Assembly: GCA_964016885.1 (NCBI GenBank)
Contig: OZ024742.1
Span: 63,054,001 to 63,118,000 of the forward strand
Length of the DNA: 64,000 nt
Direction of reading: 5' to 3'
Source: Eledone cirrhosa
Lineage: Eukaryota
Positions within the stretch are counted from its first letter, which is position 1. Each line of letters begins with the position of its first letter. Made by a program: the position numbers and the translations under genes. The notes beneath the pieces were generated by a model, which ran no database searches, was not told the DNA's origin, and saw nothing but the letters and a program-made list of their open reading frames with translations. Shown piece after piece: positions 11,481 to 26,400 of this stretch.

Positions 11481-14400
11481 TAACTTCTTACTACCTGTCT
11501 CTCTGTCAGTCTGTCATCTCTTAACTTCTTACTACCTGTCTCTCAGTCAGTCTGTCATCTCTTAACTTTTTACTACTTGAATCTCTTTCAGTCTCTCTTC
11601 TCTTAACTTCTTACTACCTGTCTCTCTGTGAGTCTGTCTTCTATTAACTTCTTGCTACCTGTCTCTCTGTCAGTCTGTCATGTCTTAACTTCTTACTACC
11701 TGTCTCTCAGTCAGTCTGTCTTCTCTTAACTTCTTACTACCTGTCTCTCAGTCAGTCTGTCTTCTCTTAACTTCTTACTACCTGCCTCTCTGTCAGTCTG
11801 TCTTCTCTTAACTTCTTACTACCTGTCTCTCTGTCAGTCTGTCATCTCTTAACTTCTTACTACCTGTCTCTCAGTCAGTCTGTCTTCTCTTAACTTCTTA
11901 CTACCTGTCTCTCTGTCAGTCTGTCATCTCTTAACTTCTTACTACATGTCTCTCTGTCAGTCTGTCTTCTCTTAACTTCTTACTACCTGTCTCTCTGTCA
12001 GTCTGTCATCTCTTAACTTCTTACTACCTGTCTCTCAGTCAGTCTGTCATCTCTTAACTTCGTACTACCTGTCTCTCTGTCAGTCTGTCATCTCTTAACT
12101 TCTAACTACCTGTCTCTCTGTCAGTTTGTCATCTCTTAACTTCTTACTACCTCTCTCTCAGTCAGTCTGTCTTCTCTTAACTTCTTACTACCTGTCTCTC
12201 TGTCAGTCTGTCATCTCTTAACTTCTTACTACCTGTCTCTCTGTCAGTCTGTCTTCTCTTAACTTCTTACTACCTGTCTCTCTGTCAGTCTGTCATCTCT
12301 TAACTTCTTACTACCTGTCTCTCAGTCAGTCTGTCTTCTCTTAACTTCTTACTACCTGTCTCTCAGTCAGTCTGTCTTCTCTTAACTTCTTACTACCTGT
12401 CTCTCCGTCAGTCAGTCAACTCTTAACTTATTACTACATGTCTCTCTGTCAGTCTGTCTTCTCTTAACTTCTTACTACCTGTCTCTCTGTCAGTCTGTCA
12501 TCTCTTAACTTCTTACTACCTGTCTCTCAGTCAGTCTGTCATCTCTTAACTTTTTACTATTTGTCTCTCTTTCAGTCTCTCTTCTCTTAACTTCTTACTA
12601 CCTGTCTCTCTGTCAGTCTTTCATCTCTTAACTTCTTACTACCTGTCTCTCAGTCAGTCTGTCATCTCTTAACTTTTTACTACTTGTCTCTCTTTCAGTC
12701 TGTCTTCTCTTAACTTCTTACTACCTGTCTCTCTGTCAGTCTGTCATCTCTTAACTTCTTACTATCTGTCTCTCTGTCAGTCTGTCTTCTCTTAACTTCT
12801 TAATACATGTCTCTCTATCAGTCTGTCTTCTCTTAACTTCTTACTACCTGTCTCTCTGTCAGTCTGTCATCTCTTAACTTCTTACTATCTCTCTCTCTGT
12901 CAGTCTGTGTTCTCTTAACTCCTTACTACCTGCCTCTCTGTCAGTCTGTCATCTCTTAACTTCTTACTACCTGTCTCTCTGTCAGTCTGTCTTCTCTTAA
13001 CTTCTTACTACCTGTCTCTCAGTCCGTCTGTCTTCTCTTAACTTCTTACTACCTGCCTCTCTGTCAGTCTGTCATCTCTTAACTTCTTATTACCTGTCTC
13101 TCCGTCAGTCTGTCTTCTCTTAACTTCTTACTACCTCTCTCTCTGTCAGTCTGTCTTCTCTTAACTTCTTACTACCTGTCTCTCTGTCAGTCTGTCATCT
13201 CTTAACTTCTTACTACCTGTCTCTCAGTGAGTCTGTCTTCTCTTAACTTCTTACTACCTGTCTCTCAGTCAGTCTGTCTTCTCTTAACTTCTTACTACCT
13301 GTCTCTCTGTCAGTCTGTCATCTCTTAACTTCTTACTACATGTCTCTCTGTCAGTCTGTCTTATCTTAACTTCTTACTACCTGTCTCTCTGTCAGTCTGT
13401 CATCTCTTCACTTCTTACTACCTGTCTCTCAGTCAGTCTGTCATCTCTTAACTTTTTACTACTTGTCTCTCTTTCAGTCTCTCTTCTCTTAACTTCTTAC
13501 TACCTGTCTCTCTGTCAGTCTGTCTTCTATTAACATCTTGCTACCTGTCTCTCTGTCAGTCTGTCATGTCTCAACTTCTTACTACCTGTCTCTCAGTCAG
13601 TCTGTCTTCTCTTAACTTCTTACTACCTGTCTCTCAGTCAGTCTGTCTTCTCTTAACTTCTTACTACCTGTCTCTCAGTCAGTCTGTCTTCTCTTAACTT
13701 CTTACTACCTGTCTCTCTGTCAGTCTGTCATCTCTTAACTTCTTACTACCTGTCTCTCTGTCAGTCTGTCTTCTCTTAACTTCTTACTACCTGTCTCTCT
13801 GTCAGTCTGTCATCTCTTAACTTCTTACTACCTGTCTCTCAGTCAGTCTGTCTTCTCTTAACCTCTTACTACCTGTCTCTCAGTCAGTCTGTCTTCTCTT
13901 AACTTCTTACTACATGTCTCTCTGTCAGTCAGTCATCTCTTAACTTCTTACTACATGTCTCTCTGTCAGTCTGTCTTCTCTTAACTTCTTACTACCTGTC
14001 TCTCTGTCAGTCTGTCATCTCTTAACTTCTTACTACCTGCCTCTCAGTCAGTCTGTCATCTCTTAACTTTTTACTATTTGTCTCTCTTTCAGTCTCTCTT
14101 CTCTTAACTTCTTACTACCTGTCTCTCTGTCAGTCTTTCATCTCTTAACTTCTTACTACCTGTCTCTCTGTCAGTCTGTCTTCTCTTAACTTCTTACTAC
14201 CTGTCTCACTGTCAGTCAGTCATCTCTTAACTTCTTACTACCTGTCTCTCTGTCAGTCTGTCAGCTCTTAACTTCTTACTACCTGTCTCTCTGTCAGTCT
14301 GTCTTCTATTAACTTCTTGCTACCTGTCTCTCTGTCAGTCTGTCATGTCTTAACTTCTTACTACCTGTCTCTCTGTCAGTCTGTCATCTCTTAACTTCTT

Positions 14401-17400
14401 ACTACCTGTCTCTCTGTCAGTCTGTCTTCTCTTAACTTCTTAATACATGTCTCTCTGTCAGTCTGTCTTCTCTTAACTTCTTACTACCTGTCTCTCTGTC
14501 AGTCTTTCATCTCTTAACTTCTTACTATCTGTCTCTCATTCAGTCTGTCTTCTCTTAAATTCTTACTACCTGTCTCTCTGTCAGTGTGTCATCTCTTAAC
14601 TTCTTACTACCTGTCTCTCTGTCAGTCTGTCTTCTCTTAACTTCTTACTACCTGTCTCTCTGTCAGTCTGTCATCTCTTAACTTCTTACTACCTGTCTCT
14701 CAGTCAGTCTGTCTTCTCTTAACTTCTTACTACCTGTCTCTCAGTCAGTCTGTCTTCTCTTAACTTCTTACTACATGTCTCTCTGTCAGTCAGTCATCTC
14801 TTAACTTCTTACTACATGTCTCTCTGTCAGTCTGTCTTCTCTTAACTTCTTACTACCTGTCTCTCTGTCAGTCTGTCATCTCTTAACTTCTTACTACCTG
14901 TCTCTCAGTCAGTCTGTCATCTCTTAACTTTTTACTATTTGTCTCTCTTTCAGTCTCTCTTCTCTTAACTTCTTACTACCTGTCTCTCTGTCAGTCTTTC
15001 ATCTCTTAACTTCTTACTACCTGTCTCTCTGTCAGTCTGTCTTCTCTTAACTTCTTACTACCTGTCTCACTGTCAGTCAGTCATCTCTTAACTTCTTACT
15101 ATCTGTCTCTCTGTCAGTCTGTCATCTCTTAACTACTTACTATCTGTCTCTCTGTCAGTCTGTGTTCTCTTAACTCCTTACTACCTGTCTCTCTGTCAGT
15201 CTGTCATCTCCTAACTTCTTGCTACATGTCTCTCTGTCAGTCTCTCTTCTCTTAACTTCTTACTACCTGTCTCTCTGTCAGTCTGTCATCTCTTAACTTC
15301 TTACTACCTGTCTCTCTGTCAGTCTGTCTTCTCTTAACTTCTTACTACCTGTCTCTCTGTCAGTCTCTCTTCTCTTAACTTCTTACTACCTGTCTCTCAG
15401 TCAGTCTGTCATCTCTTAACTTTTTACTATCTGTCTCTCATTCAGTCTCTCTTCTCTTAACTTCTTACTACCTGTCTCTCTGTCAGTCTGTCATCTCTTA
15501 ACTTCTTACTACCTGTCTCTCTGTCAGTCTGTCATCTCTTAACTTCTAACTACCTGTCTCTCTGTCAGTTTGTCATCTCTTAACTTCTTACTACCTCTCT
15601 CTCAGTCAGTCTGTCTTCTCTTAACTTCTTACTACCTGTCTCTCTGTCAGTCTGTCTTCGCTTAACTTCTTACAACCTGTCTCACTGTCAGTCTGTCATC
15701 TCTTAACTTCTTACTACCTGTCTCTCTGTCAGTCTGTCATCTCTTAACTTCTTTCTACCTGTCTCTCTGTCAGTCTGTCTTCTATTAACTTCTTGCTACC
15801 TGTCTCTCTGTCAGTCTGTCATGTCTTAACTTCTTACTACCTGTCTCTCTGTCAGTCTGTCATCTCTTAACTTCTTACTACCTGTCTCTCTGTCAGTCTG
15901 TCTTCTCTTAACTTCTTACTACATGTCTCTCTGTCAGTCTGTCTTCTCTTAACTTCTTACTATCTGTCTCTCTGTCAGTCTGTGTTCTCTTAACTCCTTA
16001 CTACCTGTCTCTCTGTCAGTCTGTCATCTCTTAACTTCTTACTACCTGTCTCTCTGTCAGTCTGTCTTCTATTAACTTCTAAACTACCTGTCTCTCTGTC
16101 AGTCTGTCATGTCTTAACTTCTTACTACCTGTCTCTCTGTCAGTCTGTCTTCTCTTAACTTCTTACTACATGTCTCTCTGTCAGACTGTCTTCTCTTAAC
16201 TTCTTACTATCTGTCTCTCTGTCAGTCTCTCATCTCTTAACTTTTTACTATTTGTCTCTCTTTCAGTCTCTCTTCTCTTAACTTCTTACTACCTGTCTCT
16301 CTGTCAGTCTTTCATCTCTTAACTTCTTACTACCTGTCTCTCTGTCAGTCTGTCTTCTCTTAACTTCTTACTACCTGTCTCACTGTCAGTCAGTCATCTC
16401 TTAACTTCTTACTACCTGTCTCTCTGTCAGTCTGTCAGCTTTTAACTTCTTACTACCTGTCTCTCTGTCAGTCTGTCTTCTATTAACTTCTTGCTACCTG
16501 TCTCTCTGTCAGTCTGTCATGTCTTAACTTCTTACTACCTGTCTCTCTGTCAGTCTGTCATCTCTTAACTTCTTACTACCTGTCTCTCTGTCAGTCTGTG
16601 TTCTCTTAACTCCTTACTACCTGCCTCTCTGTCAGTCTGTCATCTCTTAACTTCTTACTAACTGTCTCTCTGTCAGTCTGTCTTCTTTTAACTTCTTACT
16701 ACCTGTCTCTCAGTCAGTCTGTCATCTCTTAACTTTTTACTACTTGTCTCTCATTCAGTCTCTCTTCTCTTAACTTCTTACTACCTGTCTCTCTGTCAGT
16801 CTTTCATCTCTTAACTTCTTACTACCTGTCTCTCTGTCAGTCTGTCATCTCTTAACTTCTTACTATCTGTCTCTCTGTCAGTCTGTCATCTCTTAACTAC
16901 TTACTATCTGTCTCTCTGTCAGTCTGTGTTCTCTTAACTCCTTACTACCTGTCTCTCTGTCAGTCTGTCATCTCCTAACTTCTTGCTACATGTCTCTCTG
17001 TCAGTCTCTCTTCTCTTAACTTCTTACTACCTGTCTCTCTGTCAGTCTGTCATCTCTTAACTTCTTACTACCTGTCTCTCTGTCAGTCTGTCTTCTCTTA
17101 ACTTCTTACTACCTGTCTCTCTGTCAGTCTCTCTTCTCTTAACTTCTTACTACCTGTCTCTCAGTCAGTCTGTCATCTCTTAACTTTTTACTATCTGTCT
17201 CTCATTCAGTCTCTCTTCTCTTAACTTCTTACTACCTGTCTCTCTGTCAGTCTGTCATCTCTTAACTTCTTACTACCTGTCTCTCTGTCAGTCTGTCATC
17301 TCTTAACTTCTAACTACCTGTCTCTCTGTCAGTTTGTCATCTCTTAACTTCTTACTACCTCTCTCTCAGTCAGTCTGTCTTCTCTTAACTTCTTACTACC

Positions 17401-20400
17401 TGTCTCTCTGTCAGTCTGTCATCTCTTAACTTCTTACTACCTGTCTCTCAGTCAGTCTGTCATCTCTTAACTTTTTACTAGTTGAATCTCTTTCAGTCTC
17501 TCTTCTCTTAACTTCTTACTACCTGTCTCTCTGTGAGTCTGTCTTCTATTAACTTCTTGCTACCTGTCTCTCTGTCAGTCTGTCATGTCTTAACTTCTTA
17601 CTACCTGTCTCTCAGTCAGTCTGTCTTCTCTTAACTTCTTACTACCTGTCTCTCAGTCAGTCTGTCTTCTCTTAACTTCTTACTACCTGCCTCTCTGTCA
17701 GTCTGTCTTCTCTTAACTTCTTACTACCTGTCTCTCTGTCAGTCTGTCATCTCTTAACTTCTTACTACCTGTCTCTCAGTCAGTCTGTCTTCTCTTAACT
17801 TCTTACTACCTGTCTCTCTGTCAGTCTGTCATCTCTTAACTTCTTACTACATGTCTCTCTGTCAGTCTGTCTTCTCTTAACTTCTTACTACCTGTCTCTC
17901 TGTCAGTCTGTCATCTCTTAACTTCTTACTACCTGTCTCTCAGTCAGTCTGTCATCTCTTAACTTCGTACTACCTGTCTCTCTGTCAGTCTGTCATCTCT
18001 TAACTTCTAACTACCTGTCTCTCTGTCAGTTTGTCATCTCTTAACTTCTTACTACCTCTCTCTCAGTCAGTCTGTCTTCTCTTAACTTCTTACTACCTGT
18101 CTCTCTGTCAGTCTGTCATCTCTTAACTTCTTACTACCTGTCTCTCTGTCAGTCTGTCTTCTCTTAACTTCTTACTACCTGTCTCTCTGTCAGTCTGTCA
18201 TCTCTTAACTTCTTACTACCTGTCTCTCAGTCAGTCTGTCTTCTCTTAACTTCTTACTACCTGTCTCTCAGTCAGTCTGTCTTCTCTTAACTTCTTACTA
18301 CCTGTCTCTCCGTCAGTCAGTCAACTCTTAACTTATTACTACATGTCTCTCTGTCAGTCTGTCTTCTCTTAACTTCTTACTACCTGTCTCTCTGTCAGTC
18401 TGTCATCTCTTAACTTCTTACTACCTGTCTCTCAGTCAGTCTGTCATCTCTTAACTTTTTACTATTTGTCTCTCTTTCAGTCTCTCTTCTCTTAACTTCT
18501 TACTACCTGTCTCTCTGTCAGTCTTTCATCTCTTAACTTCTTACTACCTGTCTCTCAGTCAGTCTGTCATCTCTTAACTTTTTACTACTTGTCTCTCTTT
18601 CAGTCTGTCTTCTCTTAACTTCTTACTACCTGTCTCTCTGTCAGTCTGTCATCTCTTAACTTCTTACTATCTGTCTCTCTGTCAGTCTGTCTTCTCTTAA
18701 CTTCTTAATACATGTCTCTCTATCAGTCTGTCTTCTCTTAACTTCTTACTACCTGTCTCTCTGTCAGTCTGTCATCTCTTAACTTCTTACTATCTCTCTC
18801 TCTGTCAGTCTGTGTTCTCTTAACTCCTTACTACCTGCCTCTCTGTCAGTCTGTCATCTCTTAACTTCTTACTACCTGTCTCTCTGTCAGTCTGTCTTCT
18901 CTTAACTTCTTACTACCTGTCTCTCAGTCCGTCTGTCTTCTCTTAACTTCTTACTACCTGCCTCTCTGTCAGTCTGTCATCTCTTAACTTCTTATTACCT
19001 GTCTCTCCGTCAGTCTGTCTTCTCTTAACTTCTTACTACCTCTCTCTCTGTCAGTCTGTCTTCTCTTAACTTCTTACTACCTGTCTCTCTGTCAGTCTGT
19101 CATCTCTTAACTTCTTACTACCTGTCTCTCAGTGAGTCTGTCTTCTCTTAACTTCTTACTACCTGTCTCTCAGTCAGTCTGTCTTCTCTTAACTTCTTAC
19201 TACCTGTCTCTCTGTCAGTCTGTCATCTCTTAACTTCTTACTACATGTCTCTCTGTCAGTCTGTCTTATCTTAACTTCTTACTACCTGTCTCTCTGTCAG
19301 TCTGTCATCTCTTCACTTCTTACTACCTGTCTCTCAGTCAGTCTGTCATCTCTTAACTTTTTACTACTTGTCTCTCTTTCAGTCTCTCTTCTCTTAACTT
19401 CTTACTACCTGTCTCTCTGTCAGTCTGTCTTCTATTAACATCTTGCTACCTGTCTCTCTGTCAGTCTGTCATGTCTCAACTTCTTACTACCTGTCTCTCA
19501 GTCAGTCTGTCTTCTCTTAACTTCTTACTACCTGTCTCTCAGTCAGTCTGTCTTCTCTTAACTTCTTACTACCTGTCTCTCAGTCAGTCTGTCTTCTCTT
19601 AACTTCTTACTACCTGTCTCTCTGTCAGTCTGTCATCTCTTAACTTCTTACTACCTGTCTCTCTGTCAGTCTGTCTTCTCTTAACTTCTTACTACCTGTC
19701 TCTCTGTCAGTCTGTCATCTCTTAACTTCTTACTACCTGTCTCTCAGTCAGTCTGTCTTCTCTTAACTTCTTACTACCTGTCTCTCAGTCAGTCTGTCTT
19801 CTCTTAACTTCTTACTACATGTCTCTCTGTCAGTCAGTCATCTCTTAACTTCTTACTACATGTCTCTCTGTCAGTCTGTCTTCTCTTAACTTCTTACTAC
19901 CTGTCTCTCTGTCAGTCTGTCATCTCTTAACTTCTTACTACCTGTCTCTCAGTCAGTCTGTCATCTCTTAACTTTTTACTATTTGTCTCTCTTTCAGTCT
20001 CTCTTCTCTTAACTTCTTACTACCTGTCTCTCTGTCAGTCTTTCATCTCTTAACTTCTTACTACCTGTCTCTCTGTCAGTCTGTCTTCTCTTAACTTCTT
20101 ACTACCTGTCTCACTGTCAGTCAGTCATCTCTTAACTTCTTACTACCTGTCTCTCTGTCAGTCTGTCAGCTCTTAACTTCTTACTACCTGTCTCTCTGTC
20201 AGTCTGTCTTCTATTAACTTCTTGCTACCTGTCTCTCTGTCAGTCTGTCATGTCTTAACTTCTTACTACCTGTCTCTCTGTCAGTCTGTCATCTCTTAAC
20301 TTCTTACTACCTGTCTCTCTGTCAGTCTGTCTTCTCTTAACTTCTTAATACATGTCTCTCTGTCAGTCTGTCTTCTCTTAACTTCTTACTACCTGTCTCT

Positions 20401-23400
20401 CTGTCAGTCTTTCATCTCTTAACTTCTTACTATCTGTCTCTCATTCAGTCTGTCTTCTCTTAAATTCTTACTACCTGTCTCTCTGTCAGTGTGTCATCTC
20501 TTAACTTCTTACTACCTGTCTCTCTGTCAGTCTGTCTTCTCTTAACTTCTTACTACCTGTCTCACTGTCAGTCAGTCATCTCTTAACTTCTTACTACCTG
20601 TCTCTCTGTCAGTCTGTCAGCTTTTAACTTCTTACTACCTGTCTCTCTGTCAGTCTGTCTTCTATTAACTTCTTGCTACCTGTCTCTCTGTCAGTCTGTC
20701 ATGTCTTAACTTCTTACTACCTGTCTCTCTGTCAGTCTGTCATCTCTTAACTTCTTACTACCTGTCTCTCTGTCAGTCTGTGTTCTCTTAACTCCTTACT
20801 ACCTGCCTCTCTGTCAGTCTGTCATCTCTTAACTTCTTACTAACTGTCTCTCTGTCAGTCTGTCTTCTTTTAACTTCTTACTACCTGTCTCTCAGTCAGT
20901 CTGTCATCTCTTAACTTTTTACTACTTGTCTCTCATTCAGTCTCTCTTCTCTTAACTTCTTACTACCTGTCTCTCTGTCAGTCTTTCATCTCTTAACTTC
21001 TTACTACCTGTCTCTCTGTCAGTCTGTCATCTCTTAACTTCTTACTATCTGTCTCTCTGTCAGTCTGTCATCTCTTAACTACTTACTATCTGTCTCTCTG
21101 TCAGTCTGTGTTCTCTTAACTCCTTACTACCTGTCTCTCTGTCAGTCTGTCATCTCCTAACTTCTTGCTACATGTCTCTCTGTCAGTCTCTCTTCTCTTA
21201 ACTTCTTACTACCTGTCTCTCTGTCAGTCTGTCATCTCTTAACTTCTTACTACCTGTCTCTCTGTCAGTCTGTCTTCTCTTAACTTCTTACTACCTGTCT
21301 CTCTGTCAGTCTCTCTTCTCTTAACTTCTTACTACCTGTCTCTCAGTCAGTCTGTCATCTCTTAACTTTTTACTATCTGTCTCTCATTCAGTCTCTCTTC
21401 TCTTAACTTCTTACTACCTGTCTCTCTGTCAGTCTGTCATCTCTTAACTTCTTACTACCTGTCTCTCTGTCAGTCTGTCATCTCTTAACTTCTAACTACC
21501 TGTCTCTCTGTCAGTTTGTCATCTCTTAACTTCTTACTACCTCTCTCTCAGTCAGTCTGTCTTCTCTTAACTTCTTACTACCTGTCTCTCTGTCAGTCTG
21601 TCATCTCTTAACTTCTTACTACCTGTCTCTCAGTCAGTCTGTCATCTCTTAACTTTTTACTAGTTGAATCTCTTTCAGTCTCTCTTCTCTTAACTTCTTA
21701 CTACCTGTCTCTCTGTGAGTCTGTCTTCTATTAACTTCTTGCTACCTGTCTCTCTGTCAGTCTGTCATGTCTTAACTTCTTACTACCTGTCTCTCAGTCA
21801 GTCTGTCTTCTCTTAACTTCTTACTACCTGTCTCTCAGTCAGTCTGTCTTCTCTTAACTTCTTACTACCTGCCTCTCTGTCAGTCTGTCTTCTCTTAACT
21901 TCTTACTACCTGTCTCTCTGTCAGTCTGTCATCTCTTAACTTCTTACTACCTGTCTCTCAGTCAGTCTGTCTTCTCTTAACTTCTTACTACCTGTCTCTC
22001 TGTCAGTCTGTCATCTCTTAACTTCTTACTACATGTCTCTCTGTCAGTCTGTCTTCTCTTAACTTCTTACTACCTGTCTCTCTGTCAGTCTGTCATCTCT
22101 TAACTTCTTACTACCTGTCTCTCAGTCAGTCTGTCATCTCTTAACTTCGTACTACCTGTCTCTCTGTCAGTCTGTCATCTCTTAACTTCTAACTACCTGT
22201 CTCTCTGTCAGTTTGTCATCTCTTAACTTCTTACTACCTCTCTCTCAGTCAGTCTGTCTTCTCTTAACTTCTTACTACCTGTCTCTCTGTCAGTCTGTCA
22301 TCTCTTAACTTCTTACTACCTGTCTCTCTGTCAGTCTGTCTTCTCTTAACTTCTTACTACCTGTCTCTCTGTCAGTCTGTCATCTCTTAACTTCTTACTA
22401 CCTGTCTCTCAGTCAGTCTGTCTTCTCTTAACTTCTTACTACCTGTCTCTCAGTCAGTCTGTCTTCTCTTAACTTCTTACTACCTGTCTCTCCGTCAGTC
22501 AGTCAACTCTTAACTTATTACTACATGTCTCTCTGTCAGTCTGTCTTCTCTTAACTTCTTACTACCTGTCTCTCTGTCAGTCTGTCATCTCTTAACTTCT
22601 TACTACCTGTCTCTCAGTCAGTCTGTCATCTCTTAACTTTTTACTATTTGTCTCTCTTTCAGTCTCTCTTCTCTTAACTTCTTACTACCTGTCTCTCTGT
22701 CAGTCTTTCATCTCTTAACTTCTTACTACCTGTCTCTCAGTCAGTCTGTCATCTCTTAACTTTTTACTACTTGTCTCTCTTTCAGTCTGTCTTCTCTTAA
22801 CTTCTTACTACCTGTCTCTCTGTCAGTCTGTCATCTCTTAACTTCTTACTATCTGTCTCTCTGTCAGTCTGTCTTCTCTTAACTTCTTAATACATGTCTC
22901 TCTATCAGTCTGTCTTCTCTTAACTTCTTACTACCTGTCTCTCTGTCAGTCTGTCATCTCTTAACTTCTTACTATCTCTCTCTCTGTCAGTCTGTGTTCT
23001 CTTAACTCCTTACTACCTGCCTCTCTGTCAGTCTGTCATCTCTTAACTTCTTACTACCTGTCTCTCTGTCAGTCTGTCTTCTCTTAACTTCTTACTACCT
23101 GTCTCTCAGTCCGTCTGTCTTCTCTTAACTTCTTACTACCTGCCTCTCTGTCAGTCTGTCATCTCTTAACTTCTTATTACCTGTCTCTCCGTCAGTCTGT
23201 CTTCTCTTAACTTCTTACTACCTCTCTCTCTGTCAGTCTGTCTTCTCTTAACTTCTTACTACCTGTCTCTCTGTCAGTCTGTCATCTCTTAACTTCTTAC
23301 TACCTGTCTCTCAGTGAGTCTGTCTTCTCTTAACTTCTTACTACCTGTCTCTCAGTCAGTCTGTCTTCTCTTAACTTCTTACTACCTGTCTCTCTGTCAG

Positions 23401-26400
23401 TCTGTCATCTCTTAACTTCTTACTACATGTCTCTCTGTCAGTCTGTCTTATCTTAACTTCTTACTACCTGTCTCTCTGTCAGTCTGTCATCTCTTCACTT
23501 CTTACTACCTGTCTCTCAGTCAGTCTGTCATCTCTTAACTTTTTACTACTTGTCTCTCTTTCAGTCTCTCTTCTCTTAACTTCTTCTTACTACCTGTCTC
23601 TCTGTCAGTCTGTCTTCTATTAACATCTTGCTACCTGTCTCTCTGTCAGTCTGTCATGTCTCAACTTCTTACTACCTGTCTCTCAGTCAGTCTGTCTTCT
23701 CTTAACTTCTTACTACCTGTCTCTCAGTCAGTCTGTCTTCTCTTAACTTCTTACTACCTGTCTCTCAGTCAGTCTGTCTTCTCTTAACTTCTTACTACCT
23801 GTCTCTCTGTCAGTCTGTCATCTCTTAACTTCTTACTACCTGTCTCTCTGTCAGTCTGTCTTCTCTTAACTTCTTACTACCTGTCTCTCTGTCAGTCTGT
23901 CATCTCTTAACTTCTTACTACCTGTCTCTCAGTCAGTCTGTCTTCTCTTAACTTCTTACTACCTGTCTCTCAGTCAGTCTGTCTTCTCTTAACTTCTTAC
24001 TACATGTCTCTCTGTCAGTCAGTCATCTCTTAACTTCTTACTACATGTCTCTCTGTCAGTCTGTCTTCTCTTAACTTCTTACTACCTGTCTCTCTGTCAG
24101 TCTGTCATCTCTTAACTTCTTACTACCTGTCTCTCAGTCAGTCTGTCATCTCTTAACTTTTTACTATTTGTCTCTCTTTCAGTCTCTCTTCTCTTAACTT
24201 CTTACTACCTGTCTCTCTGTCAGTCTTTCATCTCTTAACTTCTTACTACCTGTCTCTCTGTCAGTCTGTCTTCTCTTAACTTCTTACTACCTGTCTCACT
24301 GTCAGTCAGTCATCTCTTAACTTCTTACTACCTGTCTCTCTGTCAGTCTGTCAGCTCTTAACTTCTTACTACCTGTCTCTCTGTCAGTCTGTCTTCTATT
24401 AACTTCTTGCTACCTGTCTCTCTGTCAGTCTGTCATGTCTTAACTTCTTACTACCTGTCTCTCTGTCAGTCTGTCATCTCTTAACTTCTTACTACCTGTC
24501 TCTCTGTCAGTCTGTCTTCTCTTAACTTCTTAATACATGTCTCTCTGTCAGTCTGTCTTCTCTTAACTTCTTACTACCTGTCTCTCTGTCAGTCTTTCAT
24601 CTCTTAACTTCTTACTATCTGTCTCTCATTCAGTCTGTCTTCTCTTAAATTCTTACTACCTGTCTCTCTGTCAGTGTGTCATCTCTTAACTTCTTACTAC
24701 CTGTCTCTCTGTCAGTCTGTCTTCTCTTAACTTCTTACTACCTGTCTCTCTGTCAGTCTGTCATCTCTTAACTTCTTACTACCTGTCTCTCAGTCAGTCT
24801 GTCTTCTCTTAACTTCTTACTACCTGTCTCTCAGTCAGTCTGTCTTCTCTTAACTTCTTACTACATGTCTCTCTGTCAGTCAGTCATCTCTTAACTTCTT
24901 ACTACATGTCTCTCTGTCAGTCTGTCTTCTCTTAACTTCTTACTACCTGTCTCTCTGTCAGTCTGTCATCTCTTAACTTCTTACTACCTGTCTCTCAGTC
25001 AGTCTGTCATCTCTTAACTTTTTACTATTTGTCTCTCTTTCAGTCTCTCTTCTCTTAACTTCTTACTACCTGTCTCTCTGTCAGTCTTTCATCTCTTAAC
25101 TTCTTACTACCTGTCTCTCTGTCAGTCTTTCTTCTCTTAACTTCTTACTACCTGTCTCACTGTCAGTCAGTCATCTCTTAACTTCTTACTATCTGTCTCT
25201 CTGTCAGTCTGTCATCTCTTAACTACTTACTATCTGTCTCTCTGTCAGTCTGTGTTCTCTTAACTCCTTACTACCTGTCTCTCTGTCAGTCTGTCATCTC
25301 CTAACTTCTTGCTACATGTCTCTCTGTCAGTCTCTCTTCTCTTAACTTCTTACTACCTGTCTCTCTGTCAGTCTGTCATCTCTTAACTTCTTACTACCTG
25401 TCTCTCTGTCAGTCTGTCTTCTCTTAACTTCTTACTACCTGTCTCTCTGTCAGTCTCTCTTCTCTTAACTTCTTACTACCTGTCTCTCAGTCAGTCTGTC
25501 ATCTCTTAACTTTTTACTATCTGTCTCTCATTCAGTCTCTCTTCTCTTAACTTCTTACTACCTGTCTCTCTGTCAGTCTGTCATCTCTTAACTTCTTACT
25601 ACCTGTCTCTCTGTCAGTCTGTCATCTCTTAACTTCTAACTACCTGTCTCTCTGTCAGTTTGTCATCTCTTAACTTCTTACTACCTCTCTCTCAGTCAGT
25701 CTGTCTTCTCTTAACTTCTTACTACCTGTCTCTCTGTCAGTCTGTCTTCGCTTAACTTCTTACAACCTGTCTCACTGTCAGTCTGTCATCTCTTAACTTC
25801 TTACTACCTGTCTCTCTGTCAGTCTGTCATCTCTTAACTTCTTTCTACCTGTCTCTCTGTCAGTCTGTCTTCTATTAACTTCTTGCTACCTGTCTCTCTG
25901 TCAGTCTGTCATGTCTTAACTTCTTACTACCTGTCTCTCTGTCAGTCTGTCATCTCTTAACTTCTTACTACCTGTCTCTCTGTCAGTCTGTCTTCTCTTA
26001 ACTTCTTACTACATGTCTCTCTGTCAGTCTGTCTTCTCTTAACTTCTTACTATCTGTCTCTCTGTCAGTCTGTGTTCTCTTAACTCCTTACTACCTGTCT
26101 CTCTGTCAGTCTGTCATCTCTTAACTTCTTACTACCTGTCTCTCTGTCAGTCTGTCTTCTATTAACTTCTAAACTACCTGTCTCTCTGTCAGTCTGTCAT
26201 GTCTTAACTTCTTACTACCTGTCTCTCTGTCAGTCTGTCTTCTCTTAACTTCTTACTACATGTCTCTCTGTCAGACTGTCTTCTCTTAACTTCTTACTAT
26301 CTGTCTCTCTGTCAGTCTCTCATCTCTTAACTTTTTACTATTTGTCTCTCTTTCAGTCTCTCTTCTCTTAACTTCTTACTACCTGTCTCTCTGTCAGTCT